Positions 1 to 13,907 are shown, counted from the first letter of the stretch. The stretch is DNA of 64,000 bases from Octopus sinensis (GCF_006345805.1 NC_043002.1:33666001-33730000); one strand, 5' to 3'. Notes: a model not told the origin generated them from the letters alone. Numbers and translations: made by a program.

Positions 1-1418
1 ATGGAAGTGTACAGGTAGTACAGTACCCAGGCTATGATCACATTGTAGTAGATACCAATAAGGGCATTTATTATAACCATTGCAGTGCCAACACCTACAA
101 AAGAACAAAAACACCAGTCAACAACAGCCGATTAAGGAACATTTATGTTGTTCAGACAGAGATAAGCCATTAAATCACCTTCAGATCACAAGCTGCCATT
201 TTAATAAAAATGGACACATTAGTAAATGTATGTCAAGATGCACTATACCTGAAAATAATGGAATATTAACAGCCTGGTTAATTATAACTGACCTAATCCT
301 AATCAACCACAAGCAATTGCAATAAACGTGAGATTTTAAAAAGGTCAAGCGATCTGCTGGGCATTGCAGTCAAGTCTCCTTTAAAATGCACACTAATGTC
401 TAAAAAAAGGATACATTATATATTCCGTCGCCTTAAAAAGTGTAATTTGTGTGTCTTTGATTATATATCTACTCGATTAGGTTGGTCCTTGGTCTAAATA
501 ACAACGATAACAACAGTAACAGCAATATAATAAAATGAAGATTTACCTTTAAAAAGGGGGCACATAACCCATACTTTTCCTGGCCCTAAATTTGCAAATT
601 GGGCAACAGCATTTTCAAGCAGTAATGTCGGGATGGCAGCAAATATCATAAATATAAAAAACGGAATGAGGAACGCTCCTGTTTAGAGAAAATAACGAGA
701 CGCGATTAGATCTGAACGATTGTGAAATAAGAAAAGAGAGGGATAATGAATACATGTAGGATATGAGAGAAATATTGTGAACAAAGGATATAAGATAAGG
801 GAGTAGAATATAGTGAGGGGGAAATATAAAGTGAATAAGGTGAACAAAGTGACTAAACGATAAAGATTGATTGAAGCATAATAGAAAATAATATAGTGAG
901 TGATCGAGACACAAAGATATGATGTGAAACAGAGAGAATAAGAGAAAGCCAAATGCATATTTGAAAAAAATTTAGGATACGGTGTGTGTTTCTTGCAAAG
1001 ATACTGTACGATCAATCATTAAGGTGAATGCTGGCCGTTTCCACATATACCTGTGCAGTTCCTCCCAATGCACTTTTGGTCAATCAACAACCTAATATTT
1101 TTTTAATACACCTAGTTATTCCATTAACCATATCTATTATCCAACATTTTTGTGCATCACGTGTTATCACAACCTAAGAAACACAAAGAACAACATCGTA
1201 TTCACCTTCTATACATCTCCGTCTCTTCCTTCTAATCTCAACTGGGTTTTGGAACAGTGTATTTGCAGATTTGACTGGTGAGGGACTTTACTTCGGATTA
1301 TCTGGAGTACAAGAATGATCACAAGATTTTGTTAGCCTGATGCATCTTTATCAACAGAAATATTCTTTTCTACTCTAGGCACAAGGCCCGAAATTTGGGG
1401 GGAGAGAGCCAGTCATTA

Positions 1419-1828
<410 letters not shown>

Positions 1829-1829
1829 C

Positions 1830-2690
1830 GGTAAAGGATCAAGTTCTGATGGTTGTAAATTTAATGACGTCACTTTTCTCCGTTAGGCTGGCCGTCTTAA
1901 ACATGTCTCTTCGGCTTCATCGATGTTTTGGTCAAATATTTTTGTCCAGAATTCTAGGTGCTTGACTTCCTGATGACGTTATTTGTTTGTTGAACATTTT
2001 TAATCCTTGTTGAGCAGTAGAGAGTCAGAACTCTGGTTGATTGATTTTTCTGCTTATGTCGTTTGGTTCTTTTCAAAGGACTTTACAACTTGCTTTTGCT
2101 TGATTGTCGTCCAGCGATCCGGTTGGTTGATTTCTTTAAGAAGCTTCAAGCTCGGTCGGCTTAATGTTTAATTGCTTTTTCTTGAGGGTTCGATTTTGAC
2201 CAGAAAACTATCTGGAGGGACGTCAACAACTGGTGTTTGAGATATAAGGTATCATTGTACAATTGTTTAGCAGGAGCATGTTACTTAAACTTTTCGTTTA
2301 TATTTTCTGTCTCTGGTCGTTTTTCGTAAATAAATTGAGTTTTCTCTTTCTGGTGGGTTATTATAGGGTATTCAGTTGTATATATTTTTTAGTAAACATA
2401 TTTTCTTCATTTATAGGGAATTAGGCTAAAGTGTTTCCGGTACATTGATAGAGTGTTCGTGAAAGATGCTGGTTTTTCAGTCAGATCTTGTTAAATAACC
2501 CCTCCCATTTTCCTTTAAAACTTGGCACTGCTGGATAAGGGTAGTGATCTTTGTCATTATTTTGGATTGGTTGTAATTGTTAATTTTTTTAATAACAGGT
2601 ATTGATTTGAAGGAGAGCTCGAGTAGTGTTTATGTATTGTTCTGAGTCTGTGTTGACTACAGCACTGCCTTTGTCAACTTCTTTAATAAC
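1830..2690 (-). mobile_element. Heavily degraded, possibly Penelope-like RT remnant next to a TA tract
   Basis: KEVDKGSAVVNTDSEQY near 2640-2690 resembles the PLE (A)DKG..VV motif; SMYRKH further on; many stops. Confidence 0.35.
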
Positions 2691-2719
2691 TATATTGTGA
2701 ACATCCTTGTATTTATTTT

Positions 2720-2830
2720 AAATTTCGGATATGGTAGCAAATTATTTTTAGTTTTAAGAATGAAAGTACCACAAATAAAGCAAAGATTGTCTGAATTATT
2801 TATGCATTTAAGGCATAATGTCGTAAAATA
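2720..2830 (-). mobile_element. Possible DNA transposase N-terminal Cys motif remnant
   Basis: KCINNSDNLCFICG resembles the C.N.PD.FCYICG start of a widespread invertebrate transposase family; superfamily not assigned. Confidence 0.3.
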
Positions 2831-4143
2831 TCTCAAAAGAGATATTTTACAACAACAAAATGATACAATGGTCACCTCTTGATTTAAATGCGAATGATGC
2901 AATAACTTGCATTACACTCTCCTTATGTGGCAGAAACATCAATAGTCTTGTATTATGTCATTTTACTTTTTTATTGGTGCGATGTTTCTGTTGTTTGTTG
3001 ATGCAGTACTTGTAGTAGATGATGCAGTCAATTCTCTTTATTGTACCATAATCTTATTGAAGAAATGCAAAAGAGTATAAATCTGAAACTAAAAGACTTT
3101 TGCTAATCTTGATAAGTGGATGTAACTTACGTAACCAGTGACCCAAATTTAATAAATATCAATTGATTTCCTCTCATTTAAAAAAATGTCGCATTTTGCT
3201 GAATCAATATTTAGACAAAATCTAAAGAATTTCTATGCGGTCACTCAACTTATTGAAAAGCCCGGCACGTCTCCCTCAAATAACATCTTACTGCCTTAAA
3301 AGAGGAATATGCATCGAGCAATAATGGTCATGGATGCACACTCCACAAAAAAATGGCAGGCTTTCACGACTGAAAGACCTTTGCTCATAGGTCAGCTGAA
3401 ACCGGGCTTACAAGGGAATAAACTTGAGATCAAGTGATTTGACAGCTTTTAAGCAAGACCACATGTAACTTATGAAACTGGGATAAATGAAAACGTGTTA
3501 CTTACCACCACCATTAATGTAACAGAGATATGGAAAACGCCAAATATTTGATAGACCAACCACTAAGCCGACAATCGAGAAGAAAAATTCCGACCATTTA
3601 CCCCAGGTTTCTCTTTCTGGTTTGGTTTTCTTCATGATGGTATCTGTAAATATACCTTGTTAATATTAGCAAATCAGAGTAAAATTCTGTATGTTAGATT
3701 ACCAATTAATACTTCACCTTCCTTCCATTTACAGGTTAATGGACGTCTGTACTAGGATGAATGACACAAGATATATATTGGCGTCTCTAAGTACACGGGT
3801 AACAATAAATAATTGTAAACACGTGATATATCTGATTGAATTTACTCCAGTACAAAACTGAAATGTGTTCTGCACAGGATTTGAGCTAAAAATGTAAAGG
3901 ACTGAAATGTAGAATCATACAATTTATTAGTATTGTTATCTAATATTTAGGAAGGGCTTATCTATACGGTACGGTTTCCTTGTTTATGGGTATAGATATA
4001 TACTGACAATTAATGTATTCTAAGTTAAACATTTCTAACAAGAATATTTATAATAGACTCGGAATGATTTGTGTGTGTCATGAACGTTTTCATCCAGCTT
4101 ATGGTAAAGAAAGTGCAAGCCATTATCTATATAATAATCTGTT

Positions 4144-4353
4144 AAGGCGGCGAGCTGGCAGAAACGTTAGCGCGCCGGACGAAATGCTTAGCGGTATTTC
4201 GTCTGCCGTTACGTTCTGAGTTCAAATTCCACCGAGGTCGACTTTGCCTTTCATCCTTTCGGGGTCGATAAATAAAGTACCAGTTACGCACTGCGGTCGC
4301 TGTAATCGACTTAATCCCTTTGTCTGTCCTTGTTTGTCCCCTCTATGTTTAGC
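4144..4353 (+). mobile_element. tRNA-derived SINE, family B
   Basis: Head GGCGGCGAGCTGGCAGAAACGTTAGC, B-box-like GAGTTCAAATTCC, core GCCTTTCATCCTTTCGGGGTCGATAAA; over 10 related copies in the window. Confidence 0.85.
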
Positions 4354-4804
4354 AACGTTCGGAAGAAAAAGTAATGAAAGCCAAAGGAAATTAAAAGGAT
4401 ACCACGAAGAAAAATGATATAGTTAACTTTGCAGCCGCAGCCACAGTGGCAAAAGAGGACTTAAAAATTGACCAACATGAGTTGGCTAAATACAACGGAC
4501 TACTGCAAAAGGAGGGACATGATTTAAAATTGGTCCCTTCAACAAACAAGGATTGTCATTAAGGAAAGATAACAGAGTTTTTGGAAATATGAGGACAGTT
4601 ATTGACACGAGTTTCTGGGTCAACAGATGTTATCCGTACAACTGTCCAACCTTATCTAAAATAGCCAAGAGACTTAGATTCATATGTCCTAGGTAAATAA
4701 TAGCATAATTTAACAAAAATGAACTAAAAAAATAAGTCAGAGTAGCCAGTGGTATGTAATTGAATAACGTAAACAAACATAGGTATATCACATACCATAG
4801 AAAA

Positions 4805-5143
4805 AGTAAAGGCCTCCTTCAGTTATGAATGACCATGGGATTGCATCTAGAAAGTTTCCCTCTAAAGCACAAGTCTAGGCAACATCGTTTATGGAAAACC
4901 AGCAGTCGCCCATGCATACTAGGTTCCTCTCTCCACTCTAACGATATTATGCAAGGGAAAGGCAAAGGCTTATACAGCTTGGTACCAGTGCCGTCGCAAC
5001 TCATTTCTACAGCTGAATGAACTGGAGCAACGTAAAATAAAGCGTCTTGCTCAAGATCATAACGCATATCCCAGTCCGGAAATCGAACTCACTGTCTCAT
5101 GGTTGTGATCCCGACGCTCTAACCACTGAGTCGTGCGCCTTCG
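4805..5143 (-). mobile_element. tRNA-derived SINE, family C
   Basis: Minus-strand head GAAGGCGCACGACTCAGTGGTTAGAGC...GAGTTCGATTTCC; related copies at 43985-44265, about 58000 and about 59950. Confidence 0.8.
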
Positions 5144-5416
5144 TATATAGCATGAATTATTGATTCATCAAAATTATCTCTGTCTTGAAAGGATATGTCC
5201 TAATTACCAATTGAGAAGGAGATAATGGAGAGGAGATATTCTCAAAAAACATGTCTTTAGTGTGTGGAAATAACGGTTATGGCATTTCGTCAGCAATAGT
5301 AACAACATTAGCTTCAGCTTGGAAAATTATGCCAAGATAACGTTGAAATGTAAAAAATGTATTAGCATTAACACCATGCTAGATAACTAAACTGAGATAG
5401 GAAAATTTGAGCAAAT

Positions 5417-5578
5417 GCACGAGTGGCTGTGTGGTAAGTAGCATGTTTACCAACCACATCGTTCCGGGTTCAGTCCAACTGCGTGGCACCTTGGGCAAGT
5501 GTCTTCTACTATAGCCTCGGGCCGACCAAAGCCTTGTGAGTGGATTTGGTAGACGGAAACTGAAAGAAGCCCGTCGTA

Positions 5579-5632
<54 letters not shown>

Positions 5633-5855
5633 ATGCGTGTGTGTGTTTGTGTGTCTGTGTTTGTCCCCCTAGCATGCTTGACAACCGATGCTGGTGTGTT
5701 TATGTCCCCGTTACTTAGCGGTTCGGCAAAAGAGACCGATAGAATAAGTACTGGGCTTACAAAATAATAAGTCCCGGGGTCGAGTTGCTCGATTAAAGGC
5801 GGTGCTCCAGCATGGCCGCAGTCAAATGACTAAAACAAGTAAAAGAGTAAAAGAG
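5417..5855 (+). mobile_element. tRNA-derived SINE, family A (internal TA/TG microsatellite)
   Basis: A-box TGGCTGTGTGGT, B-box GGTTCAGTCC, body ending GTAAAAGAGTAAAAGAG; many near-identical copies. Confidence 0.9.
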
Positions 5856-6029
5856 AGATACCTGCACATAAGAACCTAAATACTAGACAGAGTAGATAGA
5901 ATTCACACAAATTAGAGAAACGATTGGGGAAAAATATTATAAATGTATTAGATTAATATTTTAAACAGAGTTATATGTAAATAATCAATTAATACGCTTG
6001 GACAGTTTAGGTGTCCCAGAAATAAGTTC

Positions 6030-6212
6030 CGGTTTCAAATTTTGGTACAAGACCAGTAGTTTCGGAGAGTGGGGGTAAGTCGATTTCATTGACCCCAGTG
6101 CTCAACTGGTACTTATTTTATCGACGCCAGAAGGATGAACGGTAAAGTCGACCTCGGCGGAATTTGAACTTAGAGCGTTAAGACTGATGAAATGCCGCTA
6201 AGCATTCTTCCA
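6030..6212 (-). mobile_element. SINE family B copy
   Basis: Reverse complement of the family B core. Confidence 0.75.
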
Positions 6213-6249
6213 GGTGGCCACCTTAGTTTCAGTTATAATATTCCCAATT

Positions 6250-6445
6250 GGGGAAATTAAACGAACTGGCAAGACAAGACAGGAAAGGAAAGAAAGTAAT
6301 GTTGGAAGCAAGGATACGATACACCGCTTATAATCTGACATAGGAAGATTATATATAATATGGATAAATGAAGGAAGAGCTCTTCTGCAACTAGAAAATT
6401 ATTATGAAATATTCACTGTAAGACTACGAAAATATCTAATACAGC
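6250..6445 (+). mobile_element. R4/Dong-like LINE fragment
   Basis: ELARQDRKGKK...YIIWINEGRALLQLENYYEIFTVRLRKYL resembles the LY..R..GGRGL..LE..Y region. Confidence 0.5.
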
Positions 6446-6534
6446 AGGATTTATCCTAGCGGTGCAAAATTAGAGTCTCCTCACCCGGAACTATCAAGCT
6501 AATGCCACATAGAATGAGGTAGACACAAAGTGTA

Positions 6535-6860
6535 GACTCTGCAACGAGCATGTCCCTTAGTGGCAGACGATACGTGCATCGCTGATCGAGTGAAGAAGTG
6601 GGGGGGGGCATCATAGCCATGTGTTGAGAGGGATTCTTTGGGGTTTGAATAATTCAGCTTTGGAAACATAGGTGTTTCGTTCAACATCCTTAAACACCCT
6701 TATTCAGGAACCTTTTGAGCGGGATGGGTTACTCGACCAGAAGAAAATTCTAACTGGGCCCACCTGCAAGGGCATGTGCTGTTTATCTTGATATGAGATC
6801 ACTATGTCGCGCAGATATGGTTGTGATGCATGTGCCTAGTGTACCCTTATCAGACGGGTA
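6535..6860 (+). repeat. Interspersed repeat, family D; inverted homolog at 55840-56150
   Basis: Shared AGAAAATTCTAACTGGGCCC...CTTGATATGAGATCAC block in opposite orientation. Confidence 0.75.
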
Positions 6861-7344
6861 GCCATGATGGGTATACTGGGCTTCGTATATTTTACCCCAG
6901 TGTCACTTTGATGGCATGCACTGCTCTTTCACTCAATAATAATGATGATGATGATGATGATGATATGATGATGATGATGATGATGACGATGATGATGATA
7001 ATAATAATCCTTTCTACTATAGGCACAAGGCCTGGATTTTTGTGGGGAAGGGGACAACCGATCACTTCGACCCCAGTATTTGACTGGTACTCAATTTATC
7101 GACCGCAAAAGGATGAAAGGCAACGTCTACCTCGGCAGAATTTGAACTCAGAATGTAAAAACGGAAGAAATGCCACTAAACATTTTGTCAGAAGTGGTAA
7201 CAAGGTCAAGATTCCGCCATTGAATGATGTGACTGGATTTGGTAGACGGAAAATGGTATCAAATTTTGCCACAAGGGCAGCAATTTTGGGGCAGAAGATG
7301 AGTTGATTACATCGACCTAAATGTTCAACTGGTACTTAAACATA

Positions 7345-7575
7345 GGGGTCGAATAATGATTACAAATTTTACCGCAAAGCCAGTAAGTTGGGTGGGGTGG
7401 AAGTAAGTCAATTAATTCTACCCCAGTACTCAACTGGTACTTGTTTTATCGACCCTGAGAAGATGAAAGGCGAAGTTGACCTCCGCAGAATTTGAACTCA
7501 GAACATAAAGTAGGACGAAATGCCGTTAAGCATTTTGCCTGACGCGGCAACGATTCTGAGAGCTCGTCGCCTTAA
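7345..7575 (-). mobile_element. SINE family B copy
   Basis: Reverse complement of family B head and core. Confidence 0.75.
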
Positions 7576-7674
7576 TTTTTATTTGACTATTAAAAGACAA
7601 TATCACTAGAAATGAAAAGAGTAAAACCCCAGCTGTGTCGTTTTCCTTAGTAGAAAAAAACAACGTAATCATAA

Positions 7675-8100
7675 AGCGCAGGAGTGGCTGCGTGGTAAGT
7701 AGCTTCTTTACCAACCACATGGTTCCGGGTTCAGTCCCACTGCGTGGCACCTTGGGCAAGTTTCTTCTACTATAGCCTCGGGACGGCCAAAGCCTTGTGA
7801 GTGGATTTGGTAGACGGAAACTGAAAGAAGCCCGTCGTATATATATATATATATATATGTGTGTGTGCGTGTGTGTATGTGTGTGTATGTATGTGTTTAT
7901 ATGTGTTTGTTCCCCTACTATCACTTAACAACCGATGCTGGTGTGTTTATGCCCCCGCAACTTAGCGGTTCGGCAAAAGAGGCCGATAGAATAAGTACTA
8001 GGCTTACAAAGAATAAGTCCTGGGTCGATTTGTTCCACTAAAGGCGGTGCACCAGCATGGCCGCAGTGTAATGACTGAAACAAGTAAAAGAGTAAAAGAA
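7675..8100 (+). mobile_element. SINE family A, full length
   Basis: Complete head-to-tail match to the other copies. Confidence 0.9.
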
Positions 8101-8157
8101 TATAAATCTGTCTAAGCAACTGGAGTGATGTAAATGAGATAAAAACCTATACTCTCT

Positions 8158-8568
8158 CTCTCTTTTACTCTTTTACTTGTTTCAGACATTTGACTGTGGC
8201 CATGCTGGAGCACCGCCTTTAATCGAGAAACTCGACCCCAGGACTTATTCTTTGTAAGCCCAGCACTTATTCTATCGGTCTCTTTTGCCGAACCGCTAAG
8301 TAACGGGGACGCAAACACACCAGCATCGGTTGTCAAGCAATGCTAGGGGGACAAACACAGACACACAAACATACACTCACATACATATATATATATACAT
8401 ATATACGACAGGCTTCTTTCAGTTTCCGTCTACCAAATTCACTCACAAGGTTTTGGTCGGCCCGAGGCTATAGTAGAAGACACTTGCCCAAGGTGCCACG
8501 CAGTGGGACTGAACCCAGAACCATGTGGTTGGTAGGCAAGCTACTTACCACACAGCCACTCCTGCGCC
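8158..8568 (-). mobile_element. SINE family A, full length, tail-to-tail with the previous copy
   Basis: Reverse complement of family A. Confidence 0.9.
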
Positions 8569-8872
8569 TATGTTAGATAAAAATTTTGAGTATTTGACTA
8601 GGTTTACTTACGCACCATTCAGTCTAGTTGAGTTCGAGCTTATTTGGAAAGTATTTTAAAACCTATCGATATGAATGTTCCCATCTTATTGAAGCGAAAT
8701 CTGGATTTACTAATCGAGAGCAGTACAAATTAATTATTTATCCTAAACGATTCTAAATGTTTCATATCTTTCGACATAGTTCGCTAAATCTGGATTTTAT
8801 CAAAGTGCTAATGGGATACGTGCCCAGAATTCAAATCCTCATTTTTATACGTTGTACACACACACGCGCGTG

Positions 8873-8911
<39 letters not shown>

Positions 8912-9085
8912 GTGTGCATGTGTATTTGTATAATATATATACACTGGATTCAGAAAAACATCCTTTCGTCCACAGGCAAGGATGTATGGACCCCAAGAAG
9001 CCCCGATCTCTGAAAGTTGTCTTTTATATTTACTACGGATTACTTGAAGCTAACTTTCTTCCTATACCTCGACCCCTGGATCTTG

Positions 9086-9116
<31 letters not shown>

Positions 9117-9283
9117 TGTGTGTGTAATACACATTAAGTACAGGACATCATTAACGAGTGAAAATACGTAAACACTCGAGAGAAAAGTACAGGACAGTGT
9201 ACCAAGAGTAGATAAGTCACTCATCAGTTGTCGAACTGCTTATTACACCCTATTTCATGCTTTTCTTGCTTGTGTGTATATAT

Positions 9284-9329
<46 letters not shown>

Positions 9330-9539
9330 CAAGGTGTCCTAAAATTGAGGTAACCGAAGTTTCGGGATTTAATAACTACTAATATATGTGATATGATATG
9401 AAAATTATACATCACTATAAAAGCTTAGTGTGTCTTCTTTTTGCTTCAGACTAAATAAATTCAGATTTATAAATTTAATAATGACTATAGACAGAAATAC
9501 AAGCATAACCCTCTTCAGTGGAGGCGAAAGTAATACAGC

Positions 9540-10262
9540 TATAGCAAAACAAGTTTAATATAAACCGAACAACAGTTAAGACATTTCAAGCGACTGGTTC
9601 CACCGTTGACTGATCTGGATGTGGTCGAAAAAGAAGTGTGCGGATTCTTCAGCTTATCAAAAGTACCAGAGAAAAGATACGGCGAAATCGCCGTCGATCT
9701 GTCCAAAAACTGGCTGCCACAGCAAAAATAAGCCGAACATCGATATACTGAGTACTGGAGGATCTCAGGACCCACCCCAACAAGATAATCCGCTGTCATG
9801 AGCTCACGCAAGTTTATAAGGGCCTGAGACTGGAGAGAAGTCGTCTTATCCTGCGTCAAATTGCTGTAGGCATGCTGCTCAACTTGGTGTTCACTGACGA
9901 AAAGAAATTTGATATCGACCAATCAGTAAACCACCGGAATGACCAACTTTGGAGTGTATCTGGCTTCGTCGTGGGTAGAATTGTAAATCGACGTTAAAAC
10001 CTACAGTCACTTACGGTTTGAGCAGTTGTGACAGCCACTGGAAGATCTCACCTCGTTTTTGTACCCTCGGGTGTTAAAAGTAACATCCAGCGATACATTA
10101 GCCACATTCTGGAAGCTGAACTGTTTCCATGGACGAATGAGCACTTTGGAGCCTCCAAATTGACTCGGTACTATCCCGCAGCTCCAAACATGCCTAACAC
10201 AGGATTCGGAAATACATCTGTCGTCCATAGGCAAGGATGTATTACCCTCAAGAAACCCCGAT
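9540..10262 (+). mobile_element. Tc1/mariner (DD37D-like) transposase remnant
   Basis: LVFTDEKKFDIDQSVNHRND and TATGRSHLVFVPSGVKSNIQRYISHILEAELFPW; a duplicate of its 3' piece lies at about 8945-9010. Confidence 0.7.
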
Positions 10263-10279
10263 CTCAATATATATATATA

Positions 10280-10450
10280 GGCGCAGGAGTGGCTGTGTGG
10301 TAAGTAGCTTGCTAGCCAACCACATCGTTCCGGGTTCAGTCCCATTGCGTGGCATCTTGGGCAAGTGTCTTCTGCTATAGCCCCGGGCCGACCAATGCCT
10401 TGTGAGTGGATTTGGTAGACGGAAACTGAAAGAAGCCCGTCGTATATATG

Positions 10451-10481
<31 letters not shown>

Positions 10482-10699
10482 TTGTGTGTCTGTGTTTGTT
10501 CCCCTAACATTGCTTGACAACCGATGCTGGTGTGTTTACGTCCCCGTCACTTAGCGGTTCGGCAAAAAGAGACCGATAGAATAAGTACTGAGCTTACAAA
10601 AAGAATAAGTCCCGGGGTCGAGTTGCTCGACTAAAGGCGGTGCTCCAGCATGGCCGCAGTCAAATGACTGAAACAAGTAAAAGAATAAAAGAGTAAAGA

Positions 10700-10700
<1 letters not shown>
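10280..10700 (+). mobile_element. SINE family A, full length
   Basis: Starts GGCGCAGGAGTGGCTGTGTGG straight after a TA tract. Confidence 0.9.
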
Positions 10701-10754
<54 letters not shown>

Positions 10755-11382
10755 AGGAACGGCTACTTTCAGTTACCGCCTATCATATCCACTCCCAAGT
10801 CTTTCGTTAACCCAAGGCTATAGTAGAAGGTACTTTTCAAAGGAGCCTCACAGTGGGACTGAACCCAGAACTATGTGGTTGGGAAGCAAATCCTTTACTA
10901 CACAGCCATGCCTATATGCAAGTCTGTGTGTGGGTTTATTGAAAGAGAGAGAAATAGGTGTGTATGTATGAATGTATATAGGTATATGCATGCACATATA
11001 AGCATTCATGCATGCACATATAAGCATTCATGCATGCACATATAAGCATTCATGCATGAATTTTAAATACCATCCTAATACAAACTATGGAGTAAGTTGA
11101 TTCAAATTTAGAAATTCCGAGAATACTGGCTTGCATATAACCATGCTTGCAGAATATACATGCTAGGAGGTAAACATATATTGCGTATGTGCGTATGTAT
11201 ATATATATATATATAATTTTGTCAGTGAACAGGTCACGGTTTGAAAATAACATAAATATTTTTACACAAGTTAAATTTAAATGCTGTAGTGAATCTAACG
11301 GTTTTTGTGTGTTTTTTAATGGCTTATTAACACCTCCTTTCCACGCTGCAATTATATATATATATACATATATATTATATAT

Positions 11383-11444
<62 letters not shown>

Positions 11445-11489
11445 ATTGTGTGTGTGTGGTGTGTGTGTGTGTGTGTGGTGTGTATATAT

Positions 11490-12270
11490 GTTAGTTAGTT
11501 AGTTAGTTATTTGGCTCAAAAGCAAATAGCAAGGCCATGTAGGGGGACATGGAGTTAAGTACAGGGTGGTGTTCATGTAAGGAGTTCAGGCCACTTGAGG
11601 TCCAAGGAGGCTTTGAACAAAGCGGTCGTCGGCATCTTCACCATCTCGTCTGGCAGCTTGTTCCACGGATCCGCAACCCGGACGGAGAAAGCTCCTCTCC
11701 TTCGATTGAGATGAAATCGTCGCAGGTAGAGCTTTTCGGAATGACCCTGCAGCCGACGCTCTGGAGCAGGAGTGAAGAACAGCTTTTTCGAGAGGTTACA
11801 CTTTCCGCTTATGATGTTGTGGGCGAGAATGAGATCACCACGGCGGCGGCGTTTTTCAAGAGAATAAAGGTCGAGCGTCCTCAGCCTTTCTTCGTAGGAC
11901 AAATTTTTGAGACCATGAACCATGCGGGTAGCCAGCTTCTGGACTCTTTCGAGATGCTGTATGTCTTTGAGGAGATAAGGAGAAGAGGCTTGAATCCCAT
12001 ACTCCAATATGGGTCTCACCAGCGTGACATAGAGTGGTAGGAATATGGCTGCTGTGAGCATTCCGAATGACCGTCGAATCAAGAACAGAATTCCGCGTGC
12101 TTTGTTGGCAGCATGACGCACTGGGCCGAAGGCGAAAAGGAGGAATCCACCAAGATACCCAGGTCCTTTACCTGATCGGTCCTCTCCAGCAGCAGACGAC
12201 CCGCTCGAAATCAAGTTGAGTTGCAGGAGTAGAGCCGACAGGCAGATGACAGCACTTTGACACGTTCAGA
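11490..12270 (-). mobile_element. 5'-truncated CR1-clade LINE (RT C-terminus, 3' UTR, (TAAC)n tail)
   Basis: LNVSKCCHL...VKDLGILVDSSFSPSAQC-HAANKARGIL...LVRPILEY...LERVQKLATRMV...LEKRRRRGDLI...FSVRVADPWNKLP; tail 11490-11509; two frameshifts near 12120-12200. Confidence 0.93.
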
Positions 12271-12320
12271 CATATATATATATATATATGGTAGTTTATT
12301 TATGATGTGTTTCAGAATCA

Positions 12321-12376
12321 GTTCTGCTGATGATCATAAGACGTAAGTTGAATGTGAAATCACGGTGATACAGAAC
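12321..12376 (+). ncRNA. Type I hammerhead ribozyme fold
   Basis: GTTCTG-CTGATGA-stem II (cat/atg, gac-GTAA-gtt)-GAAA-TCA cgg TGA-TA-CAGAAC; 6 bp stem I; AUA cleavage triplet. Confidence 0.75.
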
Positions 12377-12627
12377 TAAATTCTTTTTTAAATGTCTTGC
12401 TTTGAAAACTGCATTTAGGTATGATTAGTATAATTTTGGTAGTAACGACTTTGTCCCTCTTAGTGTGAGGCATTTATGTGTAATAATGCCCTCTATACAA
12501 TATATATATAATAATTTGTTCAAAAGAAAAATTATTTCGAATTCTTTTCTTTTATGAGGTTTTCACGCTAACTACCCGATAATTTCTTGTTAAGATCCCT
12601 TATTAAGAGATTATCCTTATTGTTAAA

Positions 12628-12662
<35 letters not shown>

Positions 12663-13739
12663 TTACTTGGAAAAGGATGCGTGGCATTCGATCATATAAT
12701 AATATCAATAATATATAAATACATGCATATATACATACATATATGTACATACTTAATTATATATGTATATATACATGCATATATGGGTACAGGACATAAA
12801 AAAAAACGTTGAATACGATGAGAAACGAAAACATAACAACAAAAACATAGAAACGAACTTTTGGAGGGAACAACGAAAAAGCAAGCAGAGAAACGAGGCA
12901 TGCAACATAAAGAATATTCCCCTTCATCAGTTGTCCCTGTTTCATCTACTCCGCGTTACGAAGGCAAGGACAATACGCGACTTCGTTGCAACAGTCCTTC
13001 CCACAAATCAAGTTAAATACAATTTTTGCAGAGGGTGAAAGTGGTAACAAGAACAGGACAGTGAGAACAAAACAGTTAAAACAGACGATAGAAAAATTAT
13101 TATGAACGCTAGGAAGACGAGCTTATGAGAAGAGACAGTATAAGCACGAGTTGTCTTTAGGAAGGTAGTGGGCAGAAAGATAGATTCTCTTTCGTTACAT
13201 GTCATATATATATATATTATACACGCATATATGGGTACAGGACGCTACTAACGGTGCAAATAACATGAAATACGTAAACAATGAGGAAACAAGGAGGTGA
13301 AATGGAAAGCAGAACAAGTTAATACAAAAAAGGACCCTTCATCAGTTGTTGGCTGTCTATCTACTCCTTATTTCAAGCAATCGTTGAATTTTTTTGCTCT
13401 ACCCCATAAAATACAATCTTACAGGAACAGTGATAAACGTGAACTAGATAAAAGTCGACTTGCAAGCTTATGTTCTGGGAGCGCGTGGATCCAATAAGTA
13501 TAATGAAGCTAATGTTAGTATATATATATATGTATGTATAATAATAATAAATATTAGGGAATAAATCCAAATTTACAAGGAAAAATCAGATTTAAGATTG
13601 AATCCAATTTTATAATAAAATATTATATTATAATAAATTAGTGACAAAACCCACTATTATGCAAATCAAACAAAGAAAGACTTAAGCCAATACATAAAAT
13701 ATAAAATAATTTATATAAATTAAAATTTAACAAATGAAT

Positions 13740-13791
13740 AACCACTACGATCGTTTCGTGTCAGCACATCTTAGACATTCTTCAGGTGGTT
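13740..13791 (-). ncRNA. Type I hammerhead ribozyme fold (left arm)
   Basis: Reverse complement of the 13908-13959 motif. Confidence 0.8.
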
Positions 13792-13907
13792 TCTAAACCT
13801 TCTTAGCGAGTTATAAACTATGTTATAAACATAGTTTATAACTATGTTATAAACATAGTTTAGACTATGTTATAAACATAGTTTATAACTCGCTAAGAAG
13901 GTTTAGA

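Noticed and set aside
30-330. LINE AP-endonuclease relic (DHIVV...PSDH)
   Set aside because: Only two short motifs, atypical spacing and several stops.
5379-5684. Recurrent peptide [32 protein letters not shown]
   Set aside because: Antisense translation of SINE family A, not a gene family.
12885-12945. CTGATGA motifs at 12924, 13341 and 9224 (minus strand)
   Set aside because: No GAAA follows a stem II.
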